Assembly (NCBI GenBank): GCA_964016885.1
Contig: OZ024740.1
Location: forward strand, 173,724,001-173,788,000
Origin: Eledone cirrhosa
Lineage: Eukaryota
DNA: 64,000 nucleotides
Reading direction: 5' to 3'
In this document: piece after piece, positions 25,801 through 36,708 of the stretch
Layout of the letters: each line of letters opens with the position of its first letter
Numbering within the stretch: position 1 is the stretch's first letter
Notes under the pieces: generated by a model
Database searches by the model: none
The model's input: only the letters and a program-made list of their open reading frames with translations
What the model was told of the DNA's origin: nothing
Program-made: the position numbers and the translations under genes

Positions 25801-28800
25801 GATGTCACGTTTAGTCATAGTCTCTTCACTAATGAAAGAAATATGACCATGATTAAACGGGTTATATGCCTCTATTTTAGTGAAAGGATCAGAATACTTT
25901 TCAGAGGTTATAAAATCAGGAATCTTTGAAATAGGACGAGTCCAATCCCAATATGGAACGCCAACCTTAGCTCCATGTCTATGTAAAGCTTGTTCAAACT
26001 GAACAACGTACAACCTATGCCAGTGTGGGAATGTAGCCATACCATGAAGACAACAGGCATGTCTGTGTTTGGCAGTTGGGTTTGGACACAGAGGGGGAAG
26101 AGCATGGAATGAAGCGATTGCTTCGAAACCGTCAGATGATTTGTCCTTCTGCATTCTTCTCAAAGCGTGTACCAAAGAATTCATTTCAGACAGAGAGAGT
26201 CGTTCAACATTCTTTCGTGTTAAAAGTCCATTGCTATCTTCATGCGTTAAATCAATAGAATGATCTGAAAAGATATTAGAATAGAATTACTCTTAGTTGT
26301 TAAATAAAGCTCAATTAATAAATGATGTAGATATCCTCTTTGGTAAGAAATGGGAGTATCCAACAATCAGAGAGTAAATCTGATTGTCGCTATTATCTTA
26401 TTTAGTCATCTAGTCTAATCATAACTTACAACCTACTCAAATATAAATATTGTGCACAGTAAAAGCGAGAAGTGGTTTGATAGCTTACTGGGCTTCTATT
26501 AATGAAAATTGCGATTCTCTTCTTCTAGAAAAAGATGCTAGGATGATGGGTCAACTATTGATTACCTTCAAACAATTAACTGAAAAAACAAACGACATTA
26601 GAAGTGTGCAATGCTGAATGTGTTATAAGAGATTCGAGGGTGGACGTGGAATAAAAACAGAAAGTAAACATTCTTACCTTGTTTTGGAACAAAGATAATA
26701 GTTGGATGTGGGAAAATATCTGAACTGATTGAAGATCCATTAACGGTTGTGATTTCAGTTATGATACGGAAATGGCTGTTTTGGTTAAGGCCTAATAATT
26801 TCAACTGATCAGTTATTTCATATCGGAAGACACGGTCAAATTGCCATGGCATTTCAGACATTCCACCTAATACAGAGAAGACACCGACGTCGTGAGCACA
26901 GTTTTCTTCATGTTTAGAAGTAGGGACACAAATGAATATGTGGACATCAGCCGAAGCCTGTACACCATGAAGTAAGAATCCAGCAAAAACCCTGTCGTGA
27001 GACTTTTTCTCATCAATAAGATGTTCCAATTGAGTTATAGTGAGATCATAGAAGGACAAAGTGTCATATTTATAGTGTAAAACATTTTGGTAATCAAATA
27101 CATCATTTGGTGCACTATGAGTGAGTGTTAAACGATCATGGTTCGCGGTAGTGTTACTGAATGGACGCATGGGTACATTAAGTAGAGGTAATGCACAGTT
27201 GGCTTCATTATAAGGTAACTTTCGGAAACGTTGTAATTCTTGCCAAATCGCCCATAATCTATCAAGATTACTATGATGAAGGAAGAAGACTGGATCATAA
27301 GCTGCAAAATCCAATGATGACATAGAGTGAGGATCACGACCACCGAGCCACGAATGGATAGTGTTGTGAAGTACTTCAAAGTGGACTTCAAACTCACAGA
27401 AATCAGTTTGTTCCAAAACGAAAAGAGTGTGTTCGTAAAGGTATTTGTTACCAAATAATTCTTTTTGTGGATCTCGTTTGGTTTCCGAATTAAGGAACGA
27501 TATCTTTCCTTTGAAGAATGGATTTGGTTCAATGAGAAGTGTTCTTGAATTGTAATATGTGGCATCATTGATTAAAGCTGGAAGGTGATCAAATGGTTGT
27601 ACCCAATCCCAATAAGGTACAGCTACACCGGAACCTCTGGCTAACAATTCGTTCTCTACTAGAGCAACATATAATCTATGCCAGTGGGGAAAAGTTGGCA
27701 TGCCATGAATACAACATGTAAACACTTTGCTACCATCTTTGTTAGGACACTGTGCGGGCAATCCGTGGAATGAAGCAATCTGTTCGTATCTACCATCAGC
27801 TGCCATATCTTTGAAGGCACTTCTGAGTGATTCAATATCACCTCCAGTTAGATCGTGTAGATTTTTCCTAATTCGGTTTGCACTGGTTACAGGTTCGACC
27901 CACACACCCGCCTCGCCGAAATTACCTTAAGAAAAGAAACAAAATTATTGAATTATGAAAACAGTTAAAAAGTTATGTTTCATGTCATATATTAAATTAA
28001 TCCTTACCGAATACATGTGCTTAATTGACAGCGCTGGTCTAAATCAATATATAAGTGAGCGACAATATAATTATTATCTATTTTTAGAATATTTAATTCT
28101 ATTAGTTTTGCAACACAACATTTGCAACACTATTGTACACATTTGTACACATTTTAAATGTACCATTTATGAGATTGATATGATAATGGTTACTTACCAA
28201 GACCTGGTTCGTAGATAATTGCAGGTTCAAGGTTGACATCTGTTATTTCATTTCCAGTCAGGTCTTTCAGGTGGTATTCAATATGATATTTGTCGTTAAA
28301 ATGTAGATGTGCATCCTCCATCTGCTTGGTGATATCAGCTTTGTAAACGTGATCAAATTTCCAAGGCATTTCGTTAGTGCTACCCAGAACGTAAAATTCT
28401 CCAGCTTTCACTTGATCGGTGCTCTCATGAGCTCTGATATAGAATTCTACCAATGCAGACTTTTTAAAACCTTCCACCATAAATGTAGCAAAAATGCGGC
28501 TCGTCGCACGACGCCTGTTAATTTCTCTGTGTAACTGTGGAATAGATAATCCATTCAATTCGAGAATATCATATTCATAATGGAAATTCTTTTTGTAATC
28601 AAATACATCAAAAGGAACTGAATGTTCCCGAGTCATTGAATCAACATTGATGTCACTGGTAAGACTGAAAGGAGACATTGGTTTTCGTAGGGTTTCAATA
28701 GCACAGTTAGCACTGTTGTAACGATGTCCTCGGTACTTCTGTAGAGCTTGCCAAATGGCCCAAATTCGGTCAACATTGGAATGATGAAGTATGAAAATAG

Positions 28801-31800
28801 GATCATAGGCTGTATATTCGAGTGAAGACATAGAATATTGCTCTGTACCTCCAACAAGTGCGTGGATGTGATTATGAGCAATTTCAAATTGTACTTCGAA
28901 CGAACAAAAGTCTTCCTGTTCTAAGGCGTAAAGAACTTCATTTGCTAAGGAAGTGAATTCTCCGAAAGGTGGTTGAAGATATAGGTTTGGACTAGGAGAT
29001 CGGGTGGTATGTTCACCTAGTTCATCGATAACACCGCTAAAGAAAGGATTCGGATGACTTTCACCATTCTCATCAGTATATGTTTCTTCTTTTACCAGAG
29101 TAGGCAGTTCTGAAATCGGACGTGTCCAATCCCAATAAGGAATACCATTAGTGTATCCATTTCGTCGCAAACCATTTTCAAAGTTGATTGTCAGCAATCT
29201 ATGCCAATGAGGGAAAGTTGCCATTCCGTGATGACAACAAGCATATTTAACTTCAGCATCAGGACTAGGACACCATTGCGTGGATCCGTGAAAAGCAGCT
29301 ACTTGTTGATATCCACTGGCAGTTTTATCATCTTCGTAAGCTTGTAAAGCCTTCCTAAGAGCATTCATATCTGCGTGGGTCATTGAAGATACATCATGTC
29401 TGGAACGATACGTTTCGTCAAAGACAACGTCTGATTCATCTGTAAAAATTGATAGAATAAAATATAATTGCCAGTTCTATTTATGAATGGAACTTAAATG
29501 AGAATATAAAAAATAAAATATAATTTTAAAAGAAACTCTCGTAAAAAATATGGAGAGTGTTTCAGATTAATACAGTTTATATTTGCTTTAAAATTTATTA
29601 GAAAATTTGTTGAGTCAAAGATGTGAAGGATATTATATGAGAGTACTTACGTTTCCCTGGAGAGAATATCACAATAGGTTCTGGAATTGCGGTTGCTGGA
29701 AGGGCTGTTCCATTCATATCATTAATTTGTAAGTTTATGTGGTATTCAGCGTGCATATCTACACCAAGCTCAGCCAGTGCTTCAGTAATTTCATATTTAT
29801 AGAGTCTATCAAACCTCCATTCCATCTCTTTGCTGCCTCCAAGGATTGTTATTGAACCAGCCATGTAAGTATTACCGCCACTTTCGACATTGATCACAAC
29901 ATTTGCTGATGTTTTGATACCCATCAAAAGAAAACCAATGAACGCACGATCTTTAGCTTTATGCTCTTCGATATGTCTTTGAAGTTCTCTAACGGACATT
30001 CCTCCGAAGAAGAGCGTATCAAATGTATATTGTAAGTCAGCTTGATAATCATATACATCAGTTGGTACAGCGTGTATATATGTGTGCTTGTTGTTATTCA
30101 GTGGTGCTTCAAAGGCAAATGGTTTCAATGGGCGATGGACCTCTGAAAGAGCACAGTATGGTTTGTAGGGCTTTCCACGATGGATCTGCAATGCTTGCCA
30201 TACTGCCCACATTCTATCAACTTGTGAATGGTGTAGCCAGAAAAGAGGATCAAATGATGTATAATGTAAAGTTGACATTGAGTAAGGCTCATTGCCGCCG
30301 ACCCAAGCGTGAATTGCATTATGGGTAACTTCAAACTGTACTTCGAAATCACAGAAATCTTCTTGTTCAAATGCTAACATCATGCCGTCATAGAGATATC
30401 CGTGATGTCCTTTTGTTGGTTGTTCAAACAATCTAATATATTAGAATAAAAATAAATACGAAATATAGAGTTAACCCTTGTCATATAGATAAATAAATAA
30501 GTTCTAAAATAATTACTTTAAACAATTTCTGATGTGCGAATAAATTAACAGTTTTTAGTGTATTGTAATAGTTCAAACCAAACAAGAATATATATTTGAC
30601 AACAGTATGTATATAGCACTGGTAATAAAAGTCTAGTTTGAAAATGTGGAAATGAAAACAAAGATTCTCATAAGAGTCACTTAATCGAATGTTATAAATT
30701 AGAATGTTTTATCGAAAGTAATTTAAGGACTTTATATTGCTCTAGCGGTTACGTTTGGAATTGTTAAATGTTTTCTAAGTCTTTCAGGTTTTGATTATTG
30801 TCGAATTTCAAACAAAACAGGAGATTTTGCGCATTGCTAAATGTTAATATGAATGTATTCAACGTATTTAAAATGCTATGACATTTACAAACCTGGCATC
30901 AATACTTCTAGCGGTGAAAACATCACTGTGCAAGAATTCAATTGGTGCACGGTAGAAAGGATTTGGTTTTACTTCTTTTGTGTAAGGATCTTCATATGTT
31001 TCAACAGCAACCAGATGGGGCAATGATGTGCTAGGTGTTGTCCAGTCCCAATAAGGAACACCTATCGGAGATCCACGAGCAAGAAGAGCATCCTCAAACT
31101 GTATAACTACAAGCCTGTGCCAGTGTGGAAAAGTGGCCATTCCATGAGTACAACATGCAACACGGTCAGTAGCATCAGGCTCTGGACATTTAGCAGGAAG
31201 ACCATGGAATTCAGCTAAGGCTTGGTAACCGTCGATGGATTTATCATCCATGAATCGTTCCATGGCAACTCTCAGTTCGTATTCTTCCTCTGTTGTCAAA
31301 CTATGAAGATCTTTACGGACAGTTAAACCAGATTTATCCATTATCACCATATCAGCTGAAATAAAGGATAATATTTGAATAACAGAAATCAGATAGAATA
31401 TTTTGCAGAAAAATGAAATTACCGTAATAAATATAACTTTACTTGGTTTAGGTTTGATTATTTGATAATTCAGGCGAGGCAGTTATACAGAAGATATTGT
31501 TTGTATAGTTTAGCTGACCTATCTAGATTTAGATTTTAAATATATTAATTTCCAAAATACTACTTGCTATAGGGTTATTTTCTTGTGGTGCATTTTGGCG
31601 ATAAGTTATTTATCTGTTGCAAAATATAGTCAGATGTAATGGAGAGCATATATGCAAATTAGATTTACATTTCACAATGATTTTCATTATTTTCGAAAAA
31701 AAAAAAATTGGACGAAGATATTTTAGTAAGTAAATATTGTGATTATGAACTACAAATCACGTATTTGATATACACTTCTGTATGAATTATACAATGTTTT

Positions 31801-33981
31801 CTAAAGTTGTCTAAAAGAATTTTTACTCACCATCTTTAAAGTCATGAGCGGGAATATATGTGACTGTCGGTCGTGGTATTGTGCCATCGGGCAAGAGAGT
31901 GCCATTAATTGCCATAATGTCAGCATGGACGTAGTAGTTGCCATCCAAAGGAATACCGAGAGATTTAACAACATCTGTAATCTCAAAGAGGAAAGGATAA
32001 CCAAAGTTCCAAGTCATCTCGTGTATACCACCAAGAATGAAGAAAGAACCGACATGATTGTTACAATTGTCACTGTGTCTTTTGTCTTTACTTGGGACAC
32101 AAACTGCGATACGGACGTTGGCAGAGGTCTTGATACCTCCTAATCTGAAATTAGCAAATGCTCGTGGATGATGTTGTCGTTCTTTTAATACTGTATCTAG
32201 ATGTGGAATGTCCATTCCATTGAGATGAAGATCGTCATAATCATAACCTAGTTCATTGTAGTCAAATAGATCAACTGGTTTGGCGTGTTCCTTAGTAAGA
32301 GCAATAGGATTGGTGTCACGACCGAACGGTTCCATTGGCTTATGGAACATATTCAAGCCACAGTTAGCATTACCATCAAGGCCTCTATGTTTCTGGAGAG
32401 CTTGCCAAACAGTAAACAAACGTTCAACGTTTGAATGATGCAAGAAGAAGAGTGGATCGTAAGAAGTATATTCCAAACTGGACATTGAGTGAGCGAAACG
32501 ACCACCAACAAGATAATGGATTGGGTTGTGAGCAACTTCAAACTGAACTTCAAAATGGCAGTAATCTTCTTGTTCTAAAGCTAAAAGAATACCTTCTAAT
32601 AAGAAGTTATCTCCTCCCTTCGAAGCTTGGAACAAATGGACATCAATGGCTCTAGCAGTGGCTTTGTTCTCAAATTTTATATCTCCAGAGTAGAAGACGT
32701 TCTTTTTAGCTTTGTGAGAAGAAGGATCCATAAAAAGTGGATGACTCACGAGCTCAGGCAGATGACTCAATGGTTGAGTCCAGTCCCAGTAAGGAACACC
32801 AAGAGTTGAACCATGGGCTGCCAATGCTTGCTCAAACTGTACAATGTACAGTCTATGCCAAAGAGGGAACGTTGGCATACCATGCAAACAACAGACCACA
32901 GTACTTCCATCTGGTGCTTTACAATCTGCTGGTTCACCATGGTAGCCTGCGATGGCTTGGTAACCAGTCGGAGATTCATCATCCTGCATGGTACGTAGGG
33001 CTACCTGCAGATTAAGAACTTCCTCTTCAGATAAGCTGTCCACATTTTTACGGAGTAAATTACCTGAAATATATAGAAAGAGAAAATTTCATTAATAATT
33101 GTATTTATCTGACACTGAGGATTCATATATGAAATTTCTAAACATGCAAATTATTGTACATGGAAACTATATTATAATAAATATAGGAGATAATAACAGC
33201 AAAATAAGACGGTCAAATACTTGTTAACTATTTGCTATCGTGTGTTCAACTGAAGTTTGAACTCTTCAAATATTTACGTAAGCCCAGAATTCATTTAAAT
33301 ATGACATTGCATATGTGTTACAGTTGACTTTCCAGAAAAGATTTCTGTTAATTATCAACTGTATCTGGTATCGCTTCTTGTGGCATAAAGTATAACTATT
33401 TCAATAAATAATATATGGTGGATGTCTATCAACCATCTCAATTGTTCTATTATATCATTTGTGGTTTCGTCATAATTATGTGAGATCGAAAGATTTCTTT
33501 TAAAACGTTTCACGCGAATCTCTTTAGGTTCTTATCTGGTCATATAAGGGATACTCGATCTATGAGGAATACACGTTGTAGAATACGTTGTGAGCAACAT
33601 CTTTCTACGCAGCTATTGATAATTCGGTACCAGCATCGACGTTCCCTCGAGTTAGACTTTATATTTAGGGTTACAAAATGTGATGAATCAATGTACATTA
33701 GATGCAGTAATAAGATAAATGTCAGTTTAGAAGAGCGAAGAGAATTATTTTTCGCAATACCAGCACCAAATAATTCAATTTAGCAAGTACGAGCAACATG
33801 ATGGATGTCTAAAATCCACTTTTTCTCTAGTTTACTTTTATAAACGTATTTATCCAAACTAAGCATTAATCATTTTCATAACAGGTGGTTATATGATAAT
33901 TAAAACAAATGAAGGGGAAATATTTATTACCTTCTGCGGTTTGCCCGGATAACCAGAACTGAAAAATAGAAATACACTTTC

Positions 33982-34036
<55 letters not shown>

Positions 34037-34319
34037 CAATGAAAAAGAGTTAGTTGACTTAGAATCAGCTGACTTTTATATAACAGATGTCAAGCACTCA
34101 ACGCTTTATGTTTATAATAATAATAATAATTATAGTTTTATTATAATAATAATAAACGAAAGTTACTTTAGACCATCGCAATTTATTTTATTATACTTAT
34201 TTCGAAGATGCAAGGCTTAAGTATAACATAAGCCAAAACATGTTCTCTTCAGATAAAATCCACGGGAGATGTAGAAATTCTTTGATATGCAGGCAGTCAG
34301 ACGAGCTGTTTAGATCAAA

Positions 34320-34383
<64 letters not shown>

Positions 34384-34657
34384 CATTTAAACATTGCATT
34401 AAATATGAACTTCGAAGAAGAATGATGTAGGGATATAGATGTACATATGATTTCTTGCAGTTACCATTTTGATGATTTTTTTATATGAAATATATCAATA
34501 ATGGTTTCATTTATTGACCACCTCGGCCCTTGTAGCCAATAAATGAAGCTATTATCAGTATATTTCATATAAAAAAATCATTAGAAAAGTTGTTAATATT
34601 GAATTATTTTCAACTTACGGCAAAGACGATCGCAAAAAGACAAAGAATTTTCATCAT
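21614..34657 (-). CDS. Hc: Molluscan (octopod-type) hemocyanin subunit, copy 1; signal peptide + FU-a..g, 2918 aa. join(complement): 34619-34657, 33931-33958, 31831-33063, 30893-31355, 29651-30432, 28198-29439, 26678-27925, 25246-26264, 24703-24943, 23946-24604, 23035-23617, 21614-22833
   Basis: Seven repeats carrying CuA (xHG...CCxHG..FPxWHR) and CuB (HNxxH...HHSx) motifs. All 11 introns are GT..AG and frame-consistent. Exon lengths sum to 8757 nt with no internal stop seen. No FU-h and no duplicated FU-d. Confidence 0.97.
23035..23617 (-). CDS. Hc: Hemocyanin copy 1 exon 11, FU-f C-part
   Basis: ttcag|VDRLWAIWQ...PAK G|gtttgt. Confidence 0.93.
23946..24604 (-). CDS. Hc: Hemocyanin copy 1 exon 10, FU-f N-part
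   Basis: CCLHGMSVFPHWHR, HNALH, HHSM|gtaaat, phase 0. Confidence 0.93.
24703..24943 (-). CDS. Hc: Hemocyanin copy 1 exon 9, FU-e C-terminal beta domain
   Basis: ICNEAGECHEGSHFAVLGGSAEMPWAFDRLY; ag/gt boundaries. Confidence 0.92.
25246..26264 (-). CDS. Hc: Hemocyanin copy 1 exon 8, FU-e main part
   Basis: CCLHGMATFPHWHR, HNAIH, HHSS; donor GAT|gtaagt, phase 0. Confidence 0.94.
26678..27925 (-). CDS. Hc: Hemocyanin copy 1 exon 7, FU-d
   Basis: CCIHGMPTFPHWHR, HNTIH, HHSN; 1248 nt. Confidence 0.95.
28198..29439 (-). CDS. Hc: Hemocyanin copy 1 exon 6, FU-c
   Basis: CCHHGMATFPHWHR, HNHIH, HHSN; 1242 nt. Confidence 0.95.
29651..30432 (-). CDS. Hc: Hemocyanin copy 1 exon 5, FU-b C-part
   Basis: HNAIH, HHSQ; acceptor ttag|A, donor C|gtaagt. 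Confidence 0.93.
30893..31355 (-). CDS. Hc: Hemocyanin copy 1 exon 4, FU-b N-part
   Basis: CCTHGMATFPHWHR; donor AG|gtttgt, phase 2. Confidence 0.93.
31831..33063 (-). CDS. Hc: Hemocyanin copy 1 exon 3, FU-a
   Basis: ORF 31823-33043; CCLHGMPTFPLWHR, HNPIH, HHSN; 1233 nt, phase 1/1. Confidence 0.95.
33931..33958 (-). CDS. Hc: Hemocyanin copy 1 exon 2, 28-nt micro-exon (FWLSGQTAE-G)
   Basis: ttttcag|TTC...GAA G|gtaata. Bridges phase 0 to phase 1 and completes the signal peptide before NLLRKNV. Confidence 0.88.
34472..34580. repeat. ~110-bp imperfect hairpin in copy 1 intron 1
   Basis: tgattttttatatgaaatata..tcatttattg pairs with caataaatga..tatatttcatataaaaaaatca; not seen in copy 2. Confidence 0.65.
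34619..34657 (-). CDS. Hc: Hemocyanin copy 1 exon 1 (signal peptide MMKILCLFAIVFA)
   Basis: ATG ATG downstream of TATA/Inr; donor GCC|gtaagt, phase 0; homologous exon in copy 2. Too short for the ORF track. Confidence 0.9.
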
Positions 34658-34698
34658 GACTCTTTAACGGTAGTGTTGGGTCTTCTGCTGAAGGCCAC

Positions 34699-34825
34699 AC
34701 TGATGAATCCTGTCGAAGGGTCTCTTTTATAATCCATGAAGCAATGTTTTGTTGGCACTGCAGTCAGGAGAGGACACGTATTTCTGCTTTTGATAATACA
34801 TCATAATTATGACATATCGCAATAT
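34699..34825 (-). promoter_or_regulatory. Core promoter of copy 1: Inr TCAGT (34699-34703), TATAAAA (34725-34731), TACGTG (34775-34780), palindrome TCATAATTATGA (34801-34812)
   Basis: The first T of the TATA box lies 30 nt upstream of the Inr A; all motifs recur in the copy 2 promoter. Confidence 0.8.
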
Positions 34826-35471
34826 TTACAGAACCAAAATAGCATATCGTAGTATCTCACTCAAAAAAGATAGATTACTATCTTATAGAATACTAATTAG
34901 AACATTGTTTTTAATACGTTAACTGTAAATCTAGATTGTACAATTGTTGCATAACTGTAACATAACACCTTGCAGCTGTGTTTTATGCATGTTTTCGTAA
35001 TTTTCCATTTCAGTTTTGTCTTTTAATTTTGATACAAATCTAAGATTGCGAAAAAAATAAGAAAGTAAGTTGAGTGCTAAATGCGTGACATGGTTTCAAT
35101 TCCCAGTTGAAACCAATTGCTGTTACGTAAGTCCCTAATATAAGCATATTTGAACAAAGCACTGCAATCTAGCAAAATGGAGAATTTATATTTTGTCTAC
35201 TCTCTCCAGTAGAACATTTTATTTATCAATAAAGATAAACAAATACATCAATTACGACGATTACTATGTTCTGTAGCGCGTTTGGATAATTTTCTTTGAA
35301 TCTTTACACCTATTCTTGTATAATAATATAGCGATTCTCTTAACCCTAATTTAGCAAGTAGGGAGCTTATGCTTCACTATGAAGTCTAATGAGACTGGAA
35401 AAAACATAGAGGAGTTTATAGATTAACCACGAGAAAGTAAAGAATCTAATGTTTAGGACATTTACCCTTAT

Positions 35472-35475
<4 letters not shown>

Positions 35476-35557
<82 letters not shown>
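35476..35557. repeat. (GA)n microsatellite ~0.8 kb upstream of copy 1
   Basis: Direct read. Confidence 0.95.
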
Positions 35558-35560
<3 letters not shown>

Positions 35561-36708
35561 ATGTTATTTACCTTGGTCACAAAACTCTGAATGGAAAATT
35601 GGATATAGTAAAGAAGTGTAGTGAGTGAACTGAGAAATGGGAGAAGAAGCAAGGAATGACAGGGGGAGATTGAGACAAGATTAAGTTGAGTTGAAAATGA
35701 AGGATGATGAAGACCATGGCAAGTAATTCTGGGGATACTATTACGATTGCAAAGCAAAGGAAGACATGGATGAATGGATACACACAGAAGAACATCCAAA
35801 CAAGGCTGGACGGAGGATGAACGTAAAGAAAATAGTCGAAGAAGCTAACAGAGAAAGAATTGCGTATTTGTTCCTGTCTTTTGTACTCTGAGTTCAAATC
35901 ACGCTGAGACCAACGTTGACTTTTGTCCATTCAGTGTCAATAAAATTAAGAACCAGCCCAGTAGGAGAGTGCATTGGTGGAAATGTTAGAGTGTCGAACG
36001 AGATTCATTCTGGTATTTGTTCTGCATTTTCCTGTTCTGAGATCTAATTCTGCTCTGGTCTACTTATGTGGTAGACTTAATTTGTCGCCTGGCTAAGAAA
36101 AACTCCATGTTGGGCGCTTTTAGTAAGGTCCACTCTGTTACAAATACTCCCCTTCATACTTCTCTCCCACCAGTCTTAGCGGCCCTGAAAAAAAGTCACT
36201 ATTAATGCCTTCGCTTCCTTTACTAAACTCTAAAAAACAATATTATCATTCCAATTACAACGACTTCTCAGCCTCCAAGGTCTTTATTCTGAATATGATT
36301 TAATTGTGAGTGTTTCTGTACTATGAATATTTATTTACTGTGTCTTTTACTGTTATTAATGTTTTAGCATTAATATCGTGTTACTGTTAAGGCGTGTTTA
36401 CTTTTGAAAATAAAACCCTTTTTGTACTGTTGACGATGTTATTCTTCACTCTTTCACTATATATATGTATATACACACAAGTATATATATATATAGATTA
36501 GAGCAAACATGACGGGCGCTCTATCTCAAAATTATTTTTGAAAAGCATTAGAAATGCGCAACCGGTAAAACTTAAAACCAAAACTGAATGCTAACCAATA
36601 CTATTACTAATTTTTACTTATTCCTAATTAAACTATTTTTCACTGGGAACAATTTGTCAGCGTTTTCTTTTCCTTTTACCAATATATATATATATATATA
36701 TATATATC

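Noticed and set aside
21745-33015. Short plus-strand and alternate-frame ORFs overlapping hemocyanin exons, repeated in copy 2
   Set aside because: Shadow ORFs; their recurrence only reflects DNA identity between the copies.
21614-33043. Reading the FU ORFs as an operon of separate tyrosinase genes
   Set aside because: GT-AG introns join them in frame into one 2918-aa protein; the hydrophobic ORF tails are intron read-through.
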